Of a DNA stretch of 64,000 nt, positions 36,243 through 51,840 are shown piece after piece. The notes beneath the pieces were generated by a model. The model worked only from the letters and a program-made list of their open reading frames with translations, was not told where the DNA came from and did no database searches. The first letter of the stretch is position 1. Every line of letters begins with the position of its first letter. Source of the stretch: Octopus vulgaris (taxonomy: Eukaryota); NCBI GenBank assembly GCA_951406725.2, contig OX597821.1, positions 39,804,001-39,868,000 on the forward strand, written 5' to 3'. Position numbers and translations under genes: made by a program.

Positions 36243-38029
36243 TATGTATATATACATACTTGTGTTTGTGTGTGTGTCTGCATGTGCATGCACATATGCA
36301 CACACATATAGGAACATATTTATAGGTGAATGCCCAGGTTGATGAATGCAACATGATGCAAACCAGACACTGAGACAGACAAGAAAGTGTGCAAACAGAA
36401 ATTGAACATATAAGTTATGGAAGCACATACACACAAGAATATATAAGTTAACCTAGTTAAAAGTAAACAAATGCAGCTATATTTGTACTCAGACACTAAT
36501 ACAGAAATTTGAATAACATAGATGCATATATACATATGCGTATATACTCATATAAGTACATTCTCAATAATACGTGCATGAGTCCATTTGTGGACATTTG
36601 TGCTTACATATGCATACATATATACATGTATGTATACGTACACACATAGGCATGCATGTAAGCACAAAAGTGCATTATTGAGGAAAAAGAAATAGACAGT
36701 TGTTATGTTGAATTTTGGCTCCATCCCAAATCTTCTTCCTATTGTTCTTTTGCTAACCATCCATTATTTAATTTCTTTCCTTCCTTCTTCTTCATGTTTG
36801 TAGCCTACATGTAAATTTTATTCCATTTATTTCAGAAGGGATCAAATTGATTCACAGAAGTTTACAAACATGTAAACTTATAAATTGTTGATTTGTTCTT
36901 TAATCATTAACTTCTCATTAGTGTTTCACAATTTTAAGATGATTGCTACATGGTAAACAATAATGACTACACTAATATTTATTTGAGTGTTTAAATATTT
37001 TTACATGTGTACATATATTTGATGAAATGGGACAGCAATTATGGGATTACAGATGCAATAGTTAAAATTCTTCAATAATACAACATGCTAGATAATATGA
37101 AAATAATTCATAGTTCCTGAAGATGAAATAAGTAGAAAGAATTAGAACTATTTCATGTGAGTAATATACACATTATTCAGCATCATAATCCAAGGTTGAT
37201 ACCGTTTATCGAACATGACATAAAAATATTTTACATAAAAAATTGTAAAAGATGTCAAGAGGCCAACTCATAGAGGAAAGTGATATAGCTCCATGTGGAC
37301 AGCCGGGTAGCTCTCTAGTCTAAGGTTGAATTTGCCAGCTTTTTACAACCATCAGCAAAAGTTTCCAGAACCTTCATTCAAGCTTTTTTAGTGGGAAAAC
37401 TTGCATACTTCCTTTTGAAGTTCATCACATCAACCTTAACAAGTCAGCCAAAGCTGATTTGTTGGGCCATATTTGTGTAGGCTTTAATGTTTTATGGCAA
37501 TGCATTGTATTTTATGGTAGTATGACAAGTTGTGATCCTGAGAATGATGGCTCAAAACTCAGCAGAAGCCTTACTACAAGTTAATATACTTAACTCTACT
37601 AATTGAAATATTCATTACTTAATTTAGTTTCTAAATACTCTTGCTTCTTCAAAGAGAAATATTGTAAAACTAAGAACCACTAGTTGAGTTCTTTACCATG
37701 ACAAAAATAACAATGCAGACACGGTGAATTCTTTTATTCCCCAAATGCTCCTGTTTTCCCCTGGAAAATTGTACATCTGTCAAATGCAAAAGACATTTCG
37801 ATCAAAAGACAAAAGTAGTGTATTTTTGAATTTGATAACCAAGAAACCACCCGAGATGACATCTTCAAATATGGATTCAAATTTTAAAATGCTGACATGC
37901 TTTTATTGCATTTTAGAAATGATTTACAGGGTATTCAAGCTAAATTTGACGGTTTGCATAACAGAAGAAAACACATTATCTCATTGAAAAATTAATGTGT
38001 TTTAAAAAATGAAAAATTATCAACTAGAT

Positions 38030-38540
38030 TATAGTTGGGAGATAACAGTTGACTCAGAGCAGCTGCCCTTAGCTTCCACCACAACATCAAGATGGTTCCA
38101 GAACCTTGGCACATGCTTTCCTCAATGTATCCCCAGCAAGATCTTTGAAAAACTCCATCTTGGCCTTAGTGCTGCAAGTAGAGCAGTTGATGTCTGTCTT
38201 TCTCAACTGTGCTTCACTCCTGGTAACCCATGGGATTACATTGAAGAATATTCAGAGGCCAGAAATTAGAACTGATGAAGCTGTAGAAATTCTCTGAAAC
38301 ATCACCTCTTACTCTTTGTTGAGGTGTGGCAAGGAACCAAGTCCTGCTGTTACACATATGACCCTCCAGTAGCAGCCTTCTTCAGCAAGAGTTAAACTAC
38401 AGTATTCAACAGTGTCACAAGCCATGTTTAAAGATTTGGGTCAGCATAGCATCACACTCACTGGAGACATACTCCATTTCACACAGCATTGGGCAGTAGT
38501 TATGAGGCTGGCATTTTGATACTCATTGCAAATCAACATG
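38030..38540 (+). mobile_element. Very old CRE-like RLE retrotransposon fragment
   Basis: AHAFLNVSP..SL..SILALVLQV..CAS..HG and downstream remnants resemble the WL..P..LG..LRLG..C.CG..H region. Confidence 0.4.
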
Positions 38541-40322
38541 ATACAGGTAACTCTTTTCCAATTTTCAGTTGGCTTTCAGTCAACCATCTCAGCTGACTTT
38601 TCTCAATTGAAACCTTAATCTTTATGCTCTCCAATACTGTCCACACTTCACCAATACATCAAGCAATTTTTGAAAAGAAAAGGAGACAATAAAAAAATTC
38701 ATCAAATTAACCTGAACACCTTATATATACTTTTTAAGCATCAGTATTAAATTTTGTAACATATGAAATAAATTGAAGAGGATATTAACAAGAAAATACA
38801 TGAAAAATTCCAAACATCATTCAGAGGAAAATCTCAAACTGGAACCATATTACTTACATATGTCACCTGCTTTTTCTAAAACATCTACGAAAAAAAAAAA
38901 AAGAAAAAGAAAAAATTAACTGAAACATCTAAATGACATTAACAATGGACACCAACAGATACTTTTGTATACATCTAAATAGTTGACAAAAGCAAACTTC
39001 TCACACTGAAATAAACTTGTTTTTTATTTATAGATCATTAAGTGAATTTTGAAAACATTCTCTCTGTTATAGTAATTGATACCCTGAGATTGGCTTAGGA
39101 AAAAAATCAATAAACATTATTCAACAACTTTATTTCAAATGGTAATTTATCTTTTATATTATGGAACAGGATGCATGCTCTCATTTAATAGTTCAAATCT
39201 CTTCCTAATCAGCACAGTTTTAAATTTCTACAATTAGACATTGAAGACTACTATGTTTATAACTTGTAACAAGCCAACCAGCACTTTAAGAATTAAGAAT
39301 TGTAAGTTGCCATAGAGACGAATCTCTGTAAGGTTAATTTCCTTGATATCAGTATTAATCTAACTGTTTATTACTCACACAGTAAAACTGAAAAAATTTT
39401 AAATTATATCCATAACGTATCTATCCACCCTAGTACAATTTCATTTAGCTTAAATAGGAATTTCCAGCCTTAGACTTTTCAATCTTAGGTTCCTATATTT
39501 ATTACAATGAGAGTGTTATGAGTATGACTTTAAATTGCATCAAGATATGAGGCCGTGATTCAGGAGTTGCAAAATTTTGGGGGTGTGGAACCACCTTTTA
39601 GTCAATATTATGCTCAGGTCTAATCTTATTCGAAGTAGTAGCAACTGTCAGGATTCTAGCTACAAGTTAATTAGCACATTAGGGCTAACCTACTTAAGCA
39701 TGTGAAGACAGGATCTGGTAGATTCTGTAGAAAAAAACTTAATGTTTCAACTGACGAGCAGGCAACTGCAGTAATGCATTGTGGAGTGCAGTGAACAATA
39801 TGAGGCAAGCAAGAATCTTGGGCATCTGCTGCACCTGTCTCCCATCCTATTCTTCTTGACCTGTGGCCTTTGAATTGATGATGGCCACAGAAAAGATAGT
39901 GAATCTAAGAGTGCACAACTCTTCCCTCCTATAAACAAAGTCATGAAAGTCATCCATCATTCTTAAAGGTGACTAGATGGTCCATGTTGCTCTGATGGAC
40001 AAACATATACAATAAGGTTCTTTTCAGAAGCTGGTATAATGGGAGAAAGTCAAGTACATTGAAGGGACAGCATGATTGGCCATGGAACAACAGCATGATT
40101 AGCATGATTGGCCAATCACAGAATTTGGAAAAAGAAGCTTAAAACCAAATAAGAAACGCCACTTAGCTTTTCGCCTGATGTGGTAGAGATTCTGTCATTT
40201 TGCTTTACAACATCTAAATTTGCCCAAATCATCATTTCTGCTGAATCTTCTAAACTAAATCAAGTCAATCCTATTCTATTTACATCTCTACCCAAATACT
40301 TTCTATTAAGTTCTAATTGTCT

Positions 40323-40716
40323 ACTCTTTTACTCTTTTACGTGTTTCAATCATTTGACTGCAGCCATGCTGGAGCACCGCCTTTAGTCGAGCAAATCGAC
40401 CCCAGGACTTATTCTTTGTAAGCCTAGTACTTATTCTATCGGTCTCTTTTGCCGAACCCCTAAGTTACGAGGACGTAAACACACCAGCATCGGTTGTCAA
40501 GCGATGTTGGGGGGACAAACACAGACACACACATATATACATATACATATATACGATGGGCTTCTTTCAGTTTCTGTCTACCATATCCACTCACAAGGCT
40601 TTGGTCAGCCTGAGGCTATAGTAGAAGACACTTGTCCAAGGTGCCACACAGTGGGACTGAACCCAGAACCTTGTGGTTGGTAAGCAAACTACTTACCACA
40701 CAGCCACTCCTGTGTC
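40323..40716 (-). mobile_element. SINE family B, full length
   Basis: Near-identical to 17791-18232. Confidence 0.9.
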
Positions 40717-43161
40717 TAGTGAGAAAATAATATTCAAGTGGCCCAAAAGGAGTACCCTATAAGTAAAGGATAAGCTTCTATAGACTCCCTCCTCTACAGT
40801 TGCCACTAACTTGGATCATTCAGTACTTTTGTGTGTAGCATTCACTCTGCATGTGCATTACATGTCTGTACTAGCACAGCCCCCTCATTTGCACATCGCA
40901 ATTGATTTCTTTTATAACCAGTTTTTATCTTAGCATATTTTATACTGTGGAATTCATTCACATTATTATTGTATGTCCATCTGAGCATGCTGGTGGCTTC
41001 ATTTCTATTTAGTCTTCACAAGACTTCTGCATTCAAAGTTCAAATCTCACTACCATATTGGAAATGCATCTGTCTTTTCACAGACAGACATATATATATC
41101 TTTATTCAAACAAAGGAATGAGCAATTTTTCACAAAAGGACGTGTTTAGGGGAATTACTGTACATTGATGGAAGTATGATCAAAAGAGAGTGAAAATAAT
41201 GAAAAGATATAAAGACATGCATACATAAATATAAAGGTGCATACTCGTTCACACACAAGTATAAAGATATATACATACACTTATGGACAGACACACATGT
41301 ATACACACACACACACACACACACATACACGCATATAATTAGATTTATAGAAGATGATAAAAGATTAACATGATATATTTATAATTATGATGGATTTAAT
41401 GTTATCTTCACTATACTGAATAAATTTCACATTGATATTTACAGCATAATAGATTTTTAATTAATGTTTTAGCTTTAAAACATTTTAAATTAACACTATC
41501 ATGTTTTAACAAAATTATGGCATAAAATTGATAAGGTTTTGTTTGTGAAAGGAACTAATTATATAATTTTAAGACTACATTGACTTCACTGCCATAGATT
41601 GGAGACTAAAGTATGGTAGAACTGACTGTAACAATAAACAAATTCTATTTGATACGGGTTTCAGGATGACAATTAATACTAATTTTATACATAACGAGAT
41701 CCAAACAATTATTTAAAGCAATATATCTTAAATATATGCATGAAGCGATTTCATTTATTAGACATTTTCTATATTTTAATGTATATTACATTGAACAATA
41801 GCTGTAGAGTTAAGGTACTGGGTTAATAATCACATACATAGATCTAAACTCAAACCTAGGTATTTCAGTGGTCCCTCGACAAGGTAAAAAAGTATGCTTA
41901 TTTCAGCCTACCTAATTGACAACAGGAGAGATACAGGTAGACTTTACAGCATTACTCTAGTCAATGAATAGCTGTTAATATATAAGGATTGCCTCATAAA
42001 GCTGAAAATATTGTGTGTCTGGCCATGAATGTGTGCTTATGTCTGTGAATGTATTTGTGAATAAGATCCATTATAATCTCATATTTTCAATAACTTTCTG
42101 TTGAATTTTTCTAACTTATGGATAATAATTTTTTTTTAATTGTTCTCTGTGTGTTTTTCTCTTTGTGAAGATTATTGTTAAATTTCAATAAAATCTAATT
42201 GGAAATTGGTGCTTCTCATTTCAAAAGCACACTGTTCATTGGTTTTGTTTAGTGTTGTGTGACATCACTTTTTAGCCAACCATTGTATACCACAGACGCA
42301 ACACGGCACCGTTGCTGTTGTAAATTGTCAGGTTTTTGTCTTGTCTACAAAGCATAGAATTCATCGTTTCAACCATAATGGTTCCTACCATTTTTCTGCA
42401 ATGTCTGTGATTTTAAGGAGAATTTTCGTGCTATTTAACAAAGTTTTCCAATGAATGATTAATGGTTGTATTTTGTGTTGTGGACTTCATCCATCACCCT
42501 CTGTAACACTCCTCACCTGGCCTGTGGGGGTTATCAGCAGGGTTTCTTTTTTTGCAGGTAGATGAGCCATGCCTCTCATCTGAAAATAAATTCTATCCTT
42601 TCTTCTTCCAGTTCCAGAGAAGCCCTACAGAACCATGGTTGTAGTTCTTCTTAGTATGACTTAGTGTTTCAAAAACAGTCTATGATATAATTATACATTA
42701 TTCATGAAGGCAGATCATAATCTCCAGGTATTTCTCTTAAAGTTATCTGTAAAAGACTGATACATTCAAATGTGCTTGGAGGAGTTTTAAATGTCACTTC
42801 CATATCACAACATAAACTACAAATGAATATTTTTGTGGTCTGGAAAATTATAGTTCATGAAAGAGGGAACTTAGGAAAAATTATTTACATATTAAAGTTT
42901 ATCTAAAACAAGCAAAACTCTAAAGGGATGTTGTTAATTTAACTTAACACAGCTGTTCTGAAATAAAACTGGTTCTCTAGATATGGTTCCTCTAGATTTA
43001 ACAAAAAATAAAGTCACAGAAAACTGTATGAGAGTATAGAAGAGGGTTTGAAGAATATAAAATCTCTGTTGGTGCCATTATAGACTTCAACTGAAGTAAT
43101 TTTGATATACCAAGCTGAAGGATGTAAATATCTTTATTAATGACAACAAAATATTCTTGTT

Positions 43162-43492
43162 TCATCATTATCATCATCATCATTTAACATTGTCCATGCT
43201 GGCATGGGTTGGGTGGTTTGACCAGGGCTGACAAGCTGGAAGGTTGCGCCAGACTCCAGTCTGATTTGGCATGGTTTTCTATGGCTGGATGCACTTCCTA
43301 ATGCCAACTACTCCAAGAGTATAATGGGTGCTTTTACATGTCACCGTCACAGGTGCCATTTGCATGACACCAGTATCTGCCACAACTGCAAATTTGCTCG
43401 GCTTGATGGGTCTTCTTCTCAAGCATGACACAATGTCAAAGGTCTTGGTCATTGCCTCCGTGAGACCCCACATTCAGAAGGAACTCAGCCAC
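43162..43492 (-). mobile_element. Family C variant with (GAT)n tail
   Basis: catcatcatttaacattgtccatgctggcatgggttgg..ggctggatgcacttcctaatgccaac..gggtgcttttacatgtcacc. Confidence 0.8.
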
Positions 43493-44049
43493 TACCATAA
43501 AAAATGTAATTTATGTTGATATCTGAGGAAATGTCCTTAGAAATTTTTTGTAAGCTAAAAACTGGTCATCATAGACATGGTTAACTTGGTTCATCTTCTA
43601 AGTGAATTCAATAAAATATTTACCAATAACATAGCTGGACTCTTTAAGCTAACTTAAGCATAAATGGGCTGAACTCATAATTAAACAAGAAACGATCATC
43701 ATCATCACCACCACCACCACCACCACCACCACCACCACCACCATCATCATCACCATCATCATTTTAATGTCTTTTTCAGGTTAGTTTATGTTCCAAACAC
43801 TAGTTTGATAAATACAAAGTTATTTTACTAAACTTGTCGTTATTTTGAAAATTAATTCAAACAACATCAGTCATTTCAATAGAAATTTAATAACGGATTC
43901 TGATTTTTGTACCTTTGCTACTGGCAATGAAATTAATGTCACTTAATCTCATTTCTTAATCCAAAATACTTTTGTAACATTGTGAAATAAGAAAACTTTG
44001 TATGCTATACTTGTCAAAAAGATTGAGTTGCTAGCCTGAGATTTCTGAT

Positions 44050-44273
44050 TTACTCTTTACTCTTTTACTTGTTTCAGTCATTTTGACTGTGGCCATGCTG
44101 GAGCACTGCCTTTAGTCAAGCAAATCAACCCCAGGACTTATTCCTTGTAAGTCTAGTACTTATTCTATCGGTCTCTTTTGCTGAACCACTAAGTTACGGG
44201 GACGTAAACACACCTGCATCGAATGTCAAGCGATGTTTGAGGAACAAACGCACACACATAAAAATATACACAA

Positions 44274-44306
<33 letters not shown>

Positions 44307-44478
44307 CATATATACGATGGGCTTCTTTCAGTTTCCGTCTACCAAATCGACTCGCAAGACTTTGGTCAGCTCGAGGCTATAGTAGAAGACACTTGCCCAA
44401 GGTGCCATGCAGTAGGACTGAACCCGGAACCATGTGGTTTGTAAGCAAGCTACTTACTACACAGCCAATCCTGTGCCT
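44050..44478 (-). mobile_element. SINE family B, full length
   Basis: Same body and head as the other family B copies. Confidence 0.9.
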
Positions 44479-44984
44479 ATTTATCCAAAATTTTGCAGAA
44501 TATGTATTTTGTTGTTTTGTAGTGCTGAATTCAGTTTCTCTTGCTCAAGATCCTTTGCCTGCAATAATCTAGCATTCTATGTTGTGTAAGATTTGTTCCT
44601 CATCTGCCTTGTATTGCAGGATCTTGGTGTCCATCAGTGAATCTATTACAATTTAAATTACTGAAAAAAAAATATTGATTTTTATCATTTAATTTAATTT
44701 TTTTTTTTTTTTTTGCAATTCTTATTTCATCTTTGGCAATGCACACAATACCTTGACCAAAAACACGAATCCCTCAACAACTCGGTCCACTTAGCTAAAA
44801 GCAGATCCCATGTAAAGGTACAGTTTACAGTTGTAACAAATAAGGTCCGTAAAAGTGATGTTAACACTCAGATTTGATTCCAGTCCTTCTTATACAGATT
44901 TGCTATATATTGGTATACTTATTCATGAATAGAGATATTTTTGATGACTGCAGTGAAAGCTTGGATGCGTTTAAAATTCATTGT

Positions 44985-45204
44985 GGCACCCATCTGGCAC
45001 CTGTGCAGGTGGCACGTAAAAAAGCACCCACTACACTCATGGAGTGGTTGGCGTTAGGAAGGGCATCCAGCTGTAGAAACTCTGCCAGATCAGACTGGAG
45101 CCTGGTGCAGCCCCTGGCTTCCCAGACCCCGGTCGAACCGTCCAACCCGTGCTAGCGTGGAAAACGGACATTAAACGATGATGATGATGATGATGATGAT
45201 GATG
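44985..45204 (+). mobile_element. Family C 3' end with (GAT)n tail
   Basis: Matches 25630-25833. Confidence 0.88.
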
Positions 45205-48200
45205 TGCTTTTATGGCTAAAATATCAGATTCTAATGAAAGTGGATTCAGTGTATAGTTCTTTGAAAGTAGCAAAGTCAAGGATGCATTTTGTCTACAGTC
45301 AAGTCATTTGCATCACAACAACCCATTCACCTACCTGTAAATAGCTTGCGAGGGCTTTGTTTTTCCAACACTGATTTCACATTCTCCAATGGAGTAAAAT
45401 ACCAGCAAAAGATCTGCATTCTAGTCAGAGAAAGAATTTTTACCATCTGCTTAACATATATGGAAACCATAGTACCAACTCAATAGATTCTTGTTATTTA
45501 TAAAAGATTGGGTTATAGAAAATTCTTCCAGTGTCCTAGAGTACCACCTACCTCATTAATAAAATCTTATATTGCTCCAGCACAATATTATGTGCTTATC
45601 AAATTAAGGGAATTGAAATAAATTACAGATAAATTATAAACTTTCTATTATCTTAACTTCAAAACATTTGTGAAAATTGGATTATTTGTGTGAATGACCA
45701 TAAGCTTCGATGTGAGAACCAAGTTCCTTTTTTTTTAACCAGTTTTCTGTGATTGCTTCCAATATTTCATTGTTCCCATAAAATTCCCATTTAGTCAGAT
45801 TTTAAAAAGAATTGAATGCCAACTATTTTATTTAGGGGCTCATATCAAGCAGCTGTCTGCTCTTTGAAAAATATTGATCTTAATCATCATTTTACAAAAA
45901 AAAAAAGATAAATTAATAAAAGAAAAGGGTTTTAGTGTGAATGGTGGGGGTGGAGCTGGGCTTTGTGGGTTGGGCTTCTTATTGATATGTGATTCATGAC
46001 GCAAAGTTCACAAAATCTATAAACCAGATAGCACGTCAATCCTGCCACCACCACCATCACTAAAACTGCTCCTACCACCCACTACGACCAACCCTTCTTA
46101 CCACATTGCTGCCCATATAACACCCTCCCTCCCACACCACATCACACCATTAAAATAGCCACCAACACCAAAAACTATCGCCCACTACCCTCATTGCAGT
46201 ACCACTGTGCACCAACCATTACTAACATTACCATCCCTGCCACTGCTCCCACTACTACCCCACCCCCGCCTAGTGAACCCACAACACAAGCATGGTCACC
46301 ACCTCTCCAATACGTGTCTTGCCTTTCTTCTTTAATGTAATTTTAGTAGAAAGGAAGAATATGGTAACCAATATCATTAAAATCGAATTCATTCTGAAAT
46401 TTATCATGGTAATGAATATTCCAAATGTTACAATTAATGGTACAGAAACTTGTTCACTGAGCAGAATCAAAACTTTAGGTTCTCATAAAAGAGTTTTCAC
46501 AAATATTTAACATCAGCCAAATTTTGCTGTTTCCTTTTTTTTTATTGTCTTTTTTTTTTCAAGTGGGAATGGGGTGGGTCCCTCTATTGTAGTGAATTTA
46601 GTTTGAAAGTTCAATATTTGTAAAATAAAATTATTGTTTCATGTTTTGTTTTATGTAGTTGTAAGCAATTCCTGTGGTGCAAGGTAATATGTTTAAAACT
46701 TACATCCAAGGCTCAGGCGCCAGTGTGTGGTTTGTTTCAGAACGATATGGTTTTGGTTTCAATCTGACTATACACCATCTTATATAGAGCAAAACAAATT
46801 ACTGAGTCTTGTTCTCATTTGAGTGGCACCACTTTCTTGCGGGTGCTGAAGAGTTCCTGGCTTTGGATAAAAGAAAATTCCAGAGGATCAGTTAATTATG
46901 ATTTTATTCAACATATTCCCTTTTCAGATTCACACACTTGTTGCAGTGGTTCTTCAGCTTTTCTAAGCCCTGTAGAAGAACTCAGAAGGTTGGACCTCCA
47001 GCCAGGCATTTCACGATACCTTTAAAGCCAGTAGCTTTTCGGTACCTCCTTGTATCCTAGTTCTAGCAGTGTAGAATGAAGGCAACAAATCTTGAAAAAA
47101 AAAAAAAAAGAAAAATTGTCTTTTCTATGCATTGATCTTAAAATAAAAAAGCTACTTTCCACATTCTGCCATGCTGCTGTTTCTAGCAGATCAATCTTTT
47201 GATAGCTCTGTACTGCTGTTGTTGTTGTTGTCGCTGTTGTTGTCAATGTTATTGTTGCTGATGATGCTGTTGATGTTGTAGTTGTCATCGCTGTTGTTGT
47301 TGGCTCTGTTAAATACAAAGTGTGGTAAGTGAAAAGAAGCACAAAACAGATGATGATGAGTGAAAGTATGTTGGTTCAGGTTTATTATATGTGTGTCTAT
47401 ATGTGTGTGTATGTATGTTTTGACATTATATGACACTTGTAAACAAGTGTCCCCATCACACAAGCAGTGTTATTTGTTTCCAGTCTTCCTCACAAACATG
47501 TCTGGTCATGGAGTAATATTAGCTTGTGTGGGAACAGGTGGAGGGCTGGGGGTGACAGGAGGAGCACTCGACTGTATAAAAGTCTACCTCAATGAATTTT
47601 GCCTGACTTATGCATGCATGAAGAAGTGGACGTTAAAACAATTAAGAGGAGGAGGAAGAGGACATGCAGTTAAGCATGCTTTTACTAAAGTTATCTAGGT
47701 CCACTAATGTCTCTTGCAAACTGATCTTTGGTTGTGATGTTATGCACAATTTGTAAATAAGTAGAATGAATCGATGACAAGTTCAGTTTTCAAGGCTTAA
47801 GGTTCTGAGTTCAATCTGCAACACCAAGGGCAAGTGTCTTCTCCTGTTACCTTTTTTGGTCCATATATAATGAGTAGAAGCTTTTTGAAGGGAATCCTGT
47901 ACAGAAACCCATCGTATGAATATAACAACCCTCACTGGGTTCCACAGTCTCCCAGTAAAAATGATATTCACCTGTATGAGATTTTCATTGATGTGAAAAC
48001 AGATTACCCAAGTAAGACTCACACACAATCTATAATAGGTGTGCAGTAGGTATTGTTGACTATATTTGGATCAATGTTCTGTCACTGAGTGTACTTGGAT
48101 ATGTTGTAGATTTAATTATAATGTTCTCTGTGTGTTGACTAAAACTTATTAAAATTGCAGATATGATGTCGAAGATTTTAGTTTTTCTATGCGAGGAAAT

Positions 48201-48288
48201 GTTACCTGCTGAAATCAGTACACTAGCTTATATAAACATATATATGTGTGTGTGTGTGCATGTGTATGTGCATGTCTCTCTCTCTCAT

Positions 48289-48323
<35 letters not shown>

Positions 48324-49086
48324 GTATAAAAATATGTATATATGTATATGTACATATGTATTTATACCTTTACAAAAGGAAGTTTTATGGCGAAGAAAGA
48401 AATTATTAGCGAGAATTATATTTAAAGTTTCTATTTTGGTTTCTAAATTGTAAAAAGATTACATTAGATTTCTTTAAAGAAGATATACATATTTTTCTTT
48501 TTTTCTATAAATATGTCTCTGTTTGCTCAGTCTGGCATTTTCAACATATTGCAGAAAAGAAAATAAAGAAAATGTATGTCTTTGTTTTGTTTTCATTCTT
48601 GCATTGCTTGTCTTGGCAGGATTGGGAAAATAATTGTCTTAGGAAAGGCCTTAAAGACAAGATGATAATGATGATGATGGTGGTGGTGGTGGTGGTGATT
48701 GTGATGACATTGGTGGTGGTGATGATGATGATGAAGACGACAACGATGACGATTATGATGAGGATGACTGTGGTGGTGGCGTTGGTGGTGGTGATAAGGA
48801 AGTTGATGAGAAGAAAAGATTTAAAATATATATATGCATGTGTATACTTACAGAGAAGAAGCTATTGTCATTTACCATTTGTTCACAAGAAAATTCTAAA
48901 ATTATAAATATACCAAAATGGATATCTACATGCAAGGAAATAATGTGCGTGTGTGTGTGTAAATATATATATACATTCACAACCTTTAATATATATGTGT
49001 GTATATAGTATATATATATATATATTCACAGCCTCTAACTCTCTTTGAATTAAATATATATATACATATATATATGTGTATATACA

Positions 49087-49138
<52 letters not shown>

Positions 49139-50359
49139 GAATGTAAACATGCAAATGAAAATAGGTAAGTGACCAAGATATCTATATTTACAGTATCTAA
49201 TATATTTAGGTATCCGCCAAACAGAAGCTTAAACACATCTTTTCTCATAATATTATTTATTCTCAGAAAATATTTGCAAATGATTTATAGTGATTTATTA
49301 TAGTTTTATAAACCTATAATTACATTATCATCTAAAACAGCTTATAGCAATTTACCAAATATTTATATACATTAACTTGTTTGTAATTCTGATGATATTC
49401 AATAGAAGTTCACCCTCCGTCAACTGAATTTTCTGATTGTATTCACTGGTACTCCACTCTCTCACAACCGAGTATAAATGCTTTGAAAGAATTTTTGTCT
49501 GTTCGTACCTTGTTAAAGTCTCATCATTAATGACCGTAAAATCTTTTAAATTAGAAAATGGAGTGGGAATTCTCATTCCTTTGCAACCGATGATGTAAAT
49601 AAAGACACACGATTAAAAGAATGGCAAATGAGATGTTTAACAAAATGTTGCTCCTGTTATTGTTGTTGTGCTTGAGTTACAAATAATCATATTTGATAAA
49701 CAAAACCTTTGACAAACATATTGATACCTGATCAAAGAAAGCATTCGATTCTCTTTATTTCTAAGGCATTTTACATTCATTTAAATGATTCTGCACTGAA
49801 TTATAGGAATCTAAACTTGTGTTTGCTTGATTAATTGCTTTATTTAGCGTAATTAGTAACTATTACCATATTCTTTCACAAGCTCAGTGAATTATCTCCT
49901 TGTCGCTATTGATGACAGTTTAAGGAAATGTAGGTCCCAGAAGTTTCCAAACTAACACTGACTCTTTACAATCTGATATTGGACCACATTCGACATATTC
50001 CACATGAAGATATTTGGTAAGGTTGTTGTTTGGTAAACTTTTGCATTTATTTGCCTGTTTAATGTCTTAGCATGTCATTTATTTTCGGAGTTTAGCCACA
50101 ATAGATCCAGCTATGGGTTTGACTGTCTAAATTCTATGTAGATCCAGTTAATGATATAACTGACAACAGTCTATGGTCTGTATGATTCACAGTAAATTGT
50201 TGGCAAGGCAGCCCTGAATTTGAAGATTACATACAATTATTGTCTATATGTAGCTTGTATTTAGTTGGAGAAATAGGGTTTTAGGATGGTATTGTCCTTC
50301 CAAAAGGATTATGATGTACTTAAATGGATTGTTGGCTGATTATTTAGTCAATGGACATT

Positions 50360-50648
50360 GTTTGTTCTTTCTCGAGCCATGCCTGGCTCATAAGGGCCGG
50401 TTTCCCGGTTTCCTTGGTGGATAGGTTCCTCATCTGTACGGGACGCCAGTCCATTGCAGGTGAGCTGCAAGATGCAGGAGGAAAGAGTGAGAGAAAGTTG
50501 TGGTGAAAGAGTCAGCAGAAGTTTGCCATTACCTTCTACCAGAGCCATGAGTAGCTTAGCTGTTTCGCTCATAAACACACACATCACTCGGTCTGAGATC
50601 CCTCGACTGCAAGTCCACTGCTCTAACCACTAGGCCATGTGTCTCCAC
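50360..50648 (-). mobile_element. SINE family D relative
   Basis: Shares gggccggtttcccggtttc, gaaagagtgagagaaagttg and the head ctaaccactaggccatg with 35945-36242. Confidence 0.8.
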
Positions 50649-51654
50649 TATGTCAATGGACATAAGAAGTTAGAAAGGCTGAAACCATGACCTGCGTTCT
50701 TGGCGTGTCTAAGCAAGCTTTTTGTTTTTAAGTATTTTGGTTTGGTTGTATAAACAGTAAACGCATTTACCTGTTCATGACGGTGATTTAGAGATGGGTG
50801 TATAATGGGAGTATTCTTGATTTGAATTGCTTGCAAGGGTTTGTGACATTTTATTCAACTCACAGATAAATTAAGCAAATTCTCTCTCAAGTATCTCTCT
50901 TTTGAAAGGTAAGTGTCTTGGACCAACTCTTCGAAGGTTTTGTATTCAAATCCACTGCAGGCATTTCATTACACATTGGCGTTTATATGTAAGTTGACAT
51001 GCCTCAGTTCATCTGGCTGGCAGAAAACAGTCCTGGATATTTGTGGTGTGAATCTTAGGTGAATCAACTTAAAACTAGACCCAGTCTGTAGATTCTGAAG
51101 AAAACCTTGCAACATCATGTGTCCTATACACCTTTATGAGTGTCTCCTAAGCTCCATGCAACTAAAAGATTTTCTCTTATCACATTTAGGTCATTCACAG
51201 TAGGAAAACATTCCTTGAACATAAGGAGGATATCAATTGATGAACTAGAAGAGATATCATAGTGATATCTCCGTCATCTTATTAACTGATATCATATTCA
51301 GAGTGAATTAACTAAGGGTAAACTAATACAGAGTGGGAAAAAAGCTAATGTGTTATATATACTAAAACTTTAATGATGTTTTAATATTTGGGTTAATGGC
51401 ATCTTAATATGAATGGTTAACTGTGGATATGCTGTAAGCTGTGTGTAACTACAATCATAGATCTCTAATTAACAGGATCCAATTATGGATGCATAATTAT
51501 AAAATTAACTTTGAGTGTATATTTAGAGAAGTGAGAGTTAGCATGTGTAGCTATGGAGTTATAAATACTGATATGTAGTTTGGATGTGAGAGGAGTCCAT
51601 AAAAAATATAGAAAGATGGAAAGAGTTCTAAAACTGCATTCAGGGATGTCAGAG

Positions 51655-51840
51655 TCGGAGACCCCCTTTGGTCATGACTGACCATGGGATTGCACCTAGA
51701 AAGTTACTCTCCCAGGCACAAGTCCGGGCAAGGTTGTTTATGGAAGACCAGCAGTCGCCCATGCATACCAGATGTTATCCAAAGGAAAGGCAAAGGCTGA
51801 TACAGCTTGGCGTCAGTGATGTTGCAACTCATTTCTACAT
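51655..51840. mobile_element. Interspersed repeat related to the 5' region of the RTE at 60930
   Basis: GC-richer block. gatgttatcca.. and the flanking sequence resemble 60960-61050. Confidence 0.45.

Noticed and set aside
38270-38305. CTGATGA...GAAAC hammerhead-like match
   Set aside because: No convincing stems I or III, and it lies within a retrotransposon coding remnant.
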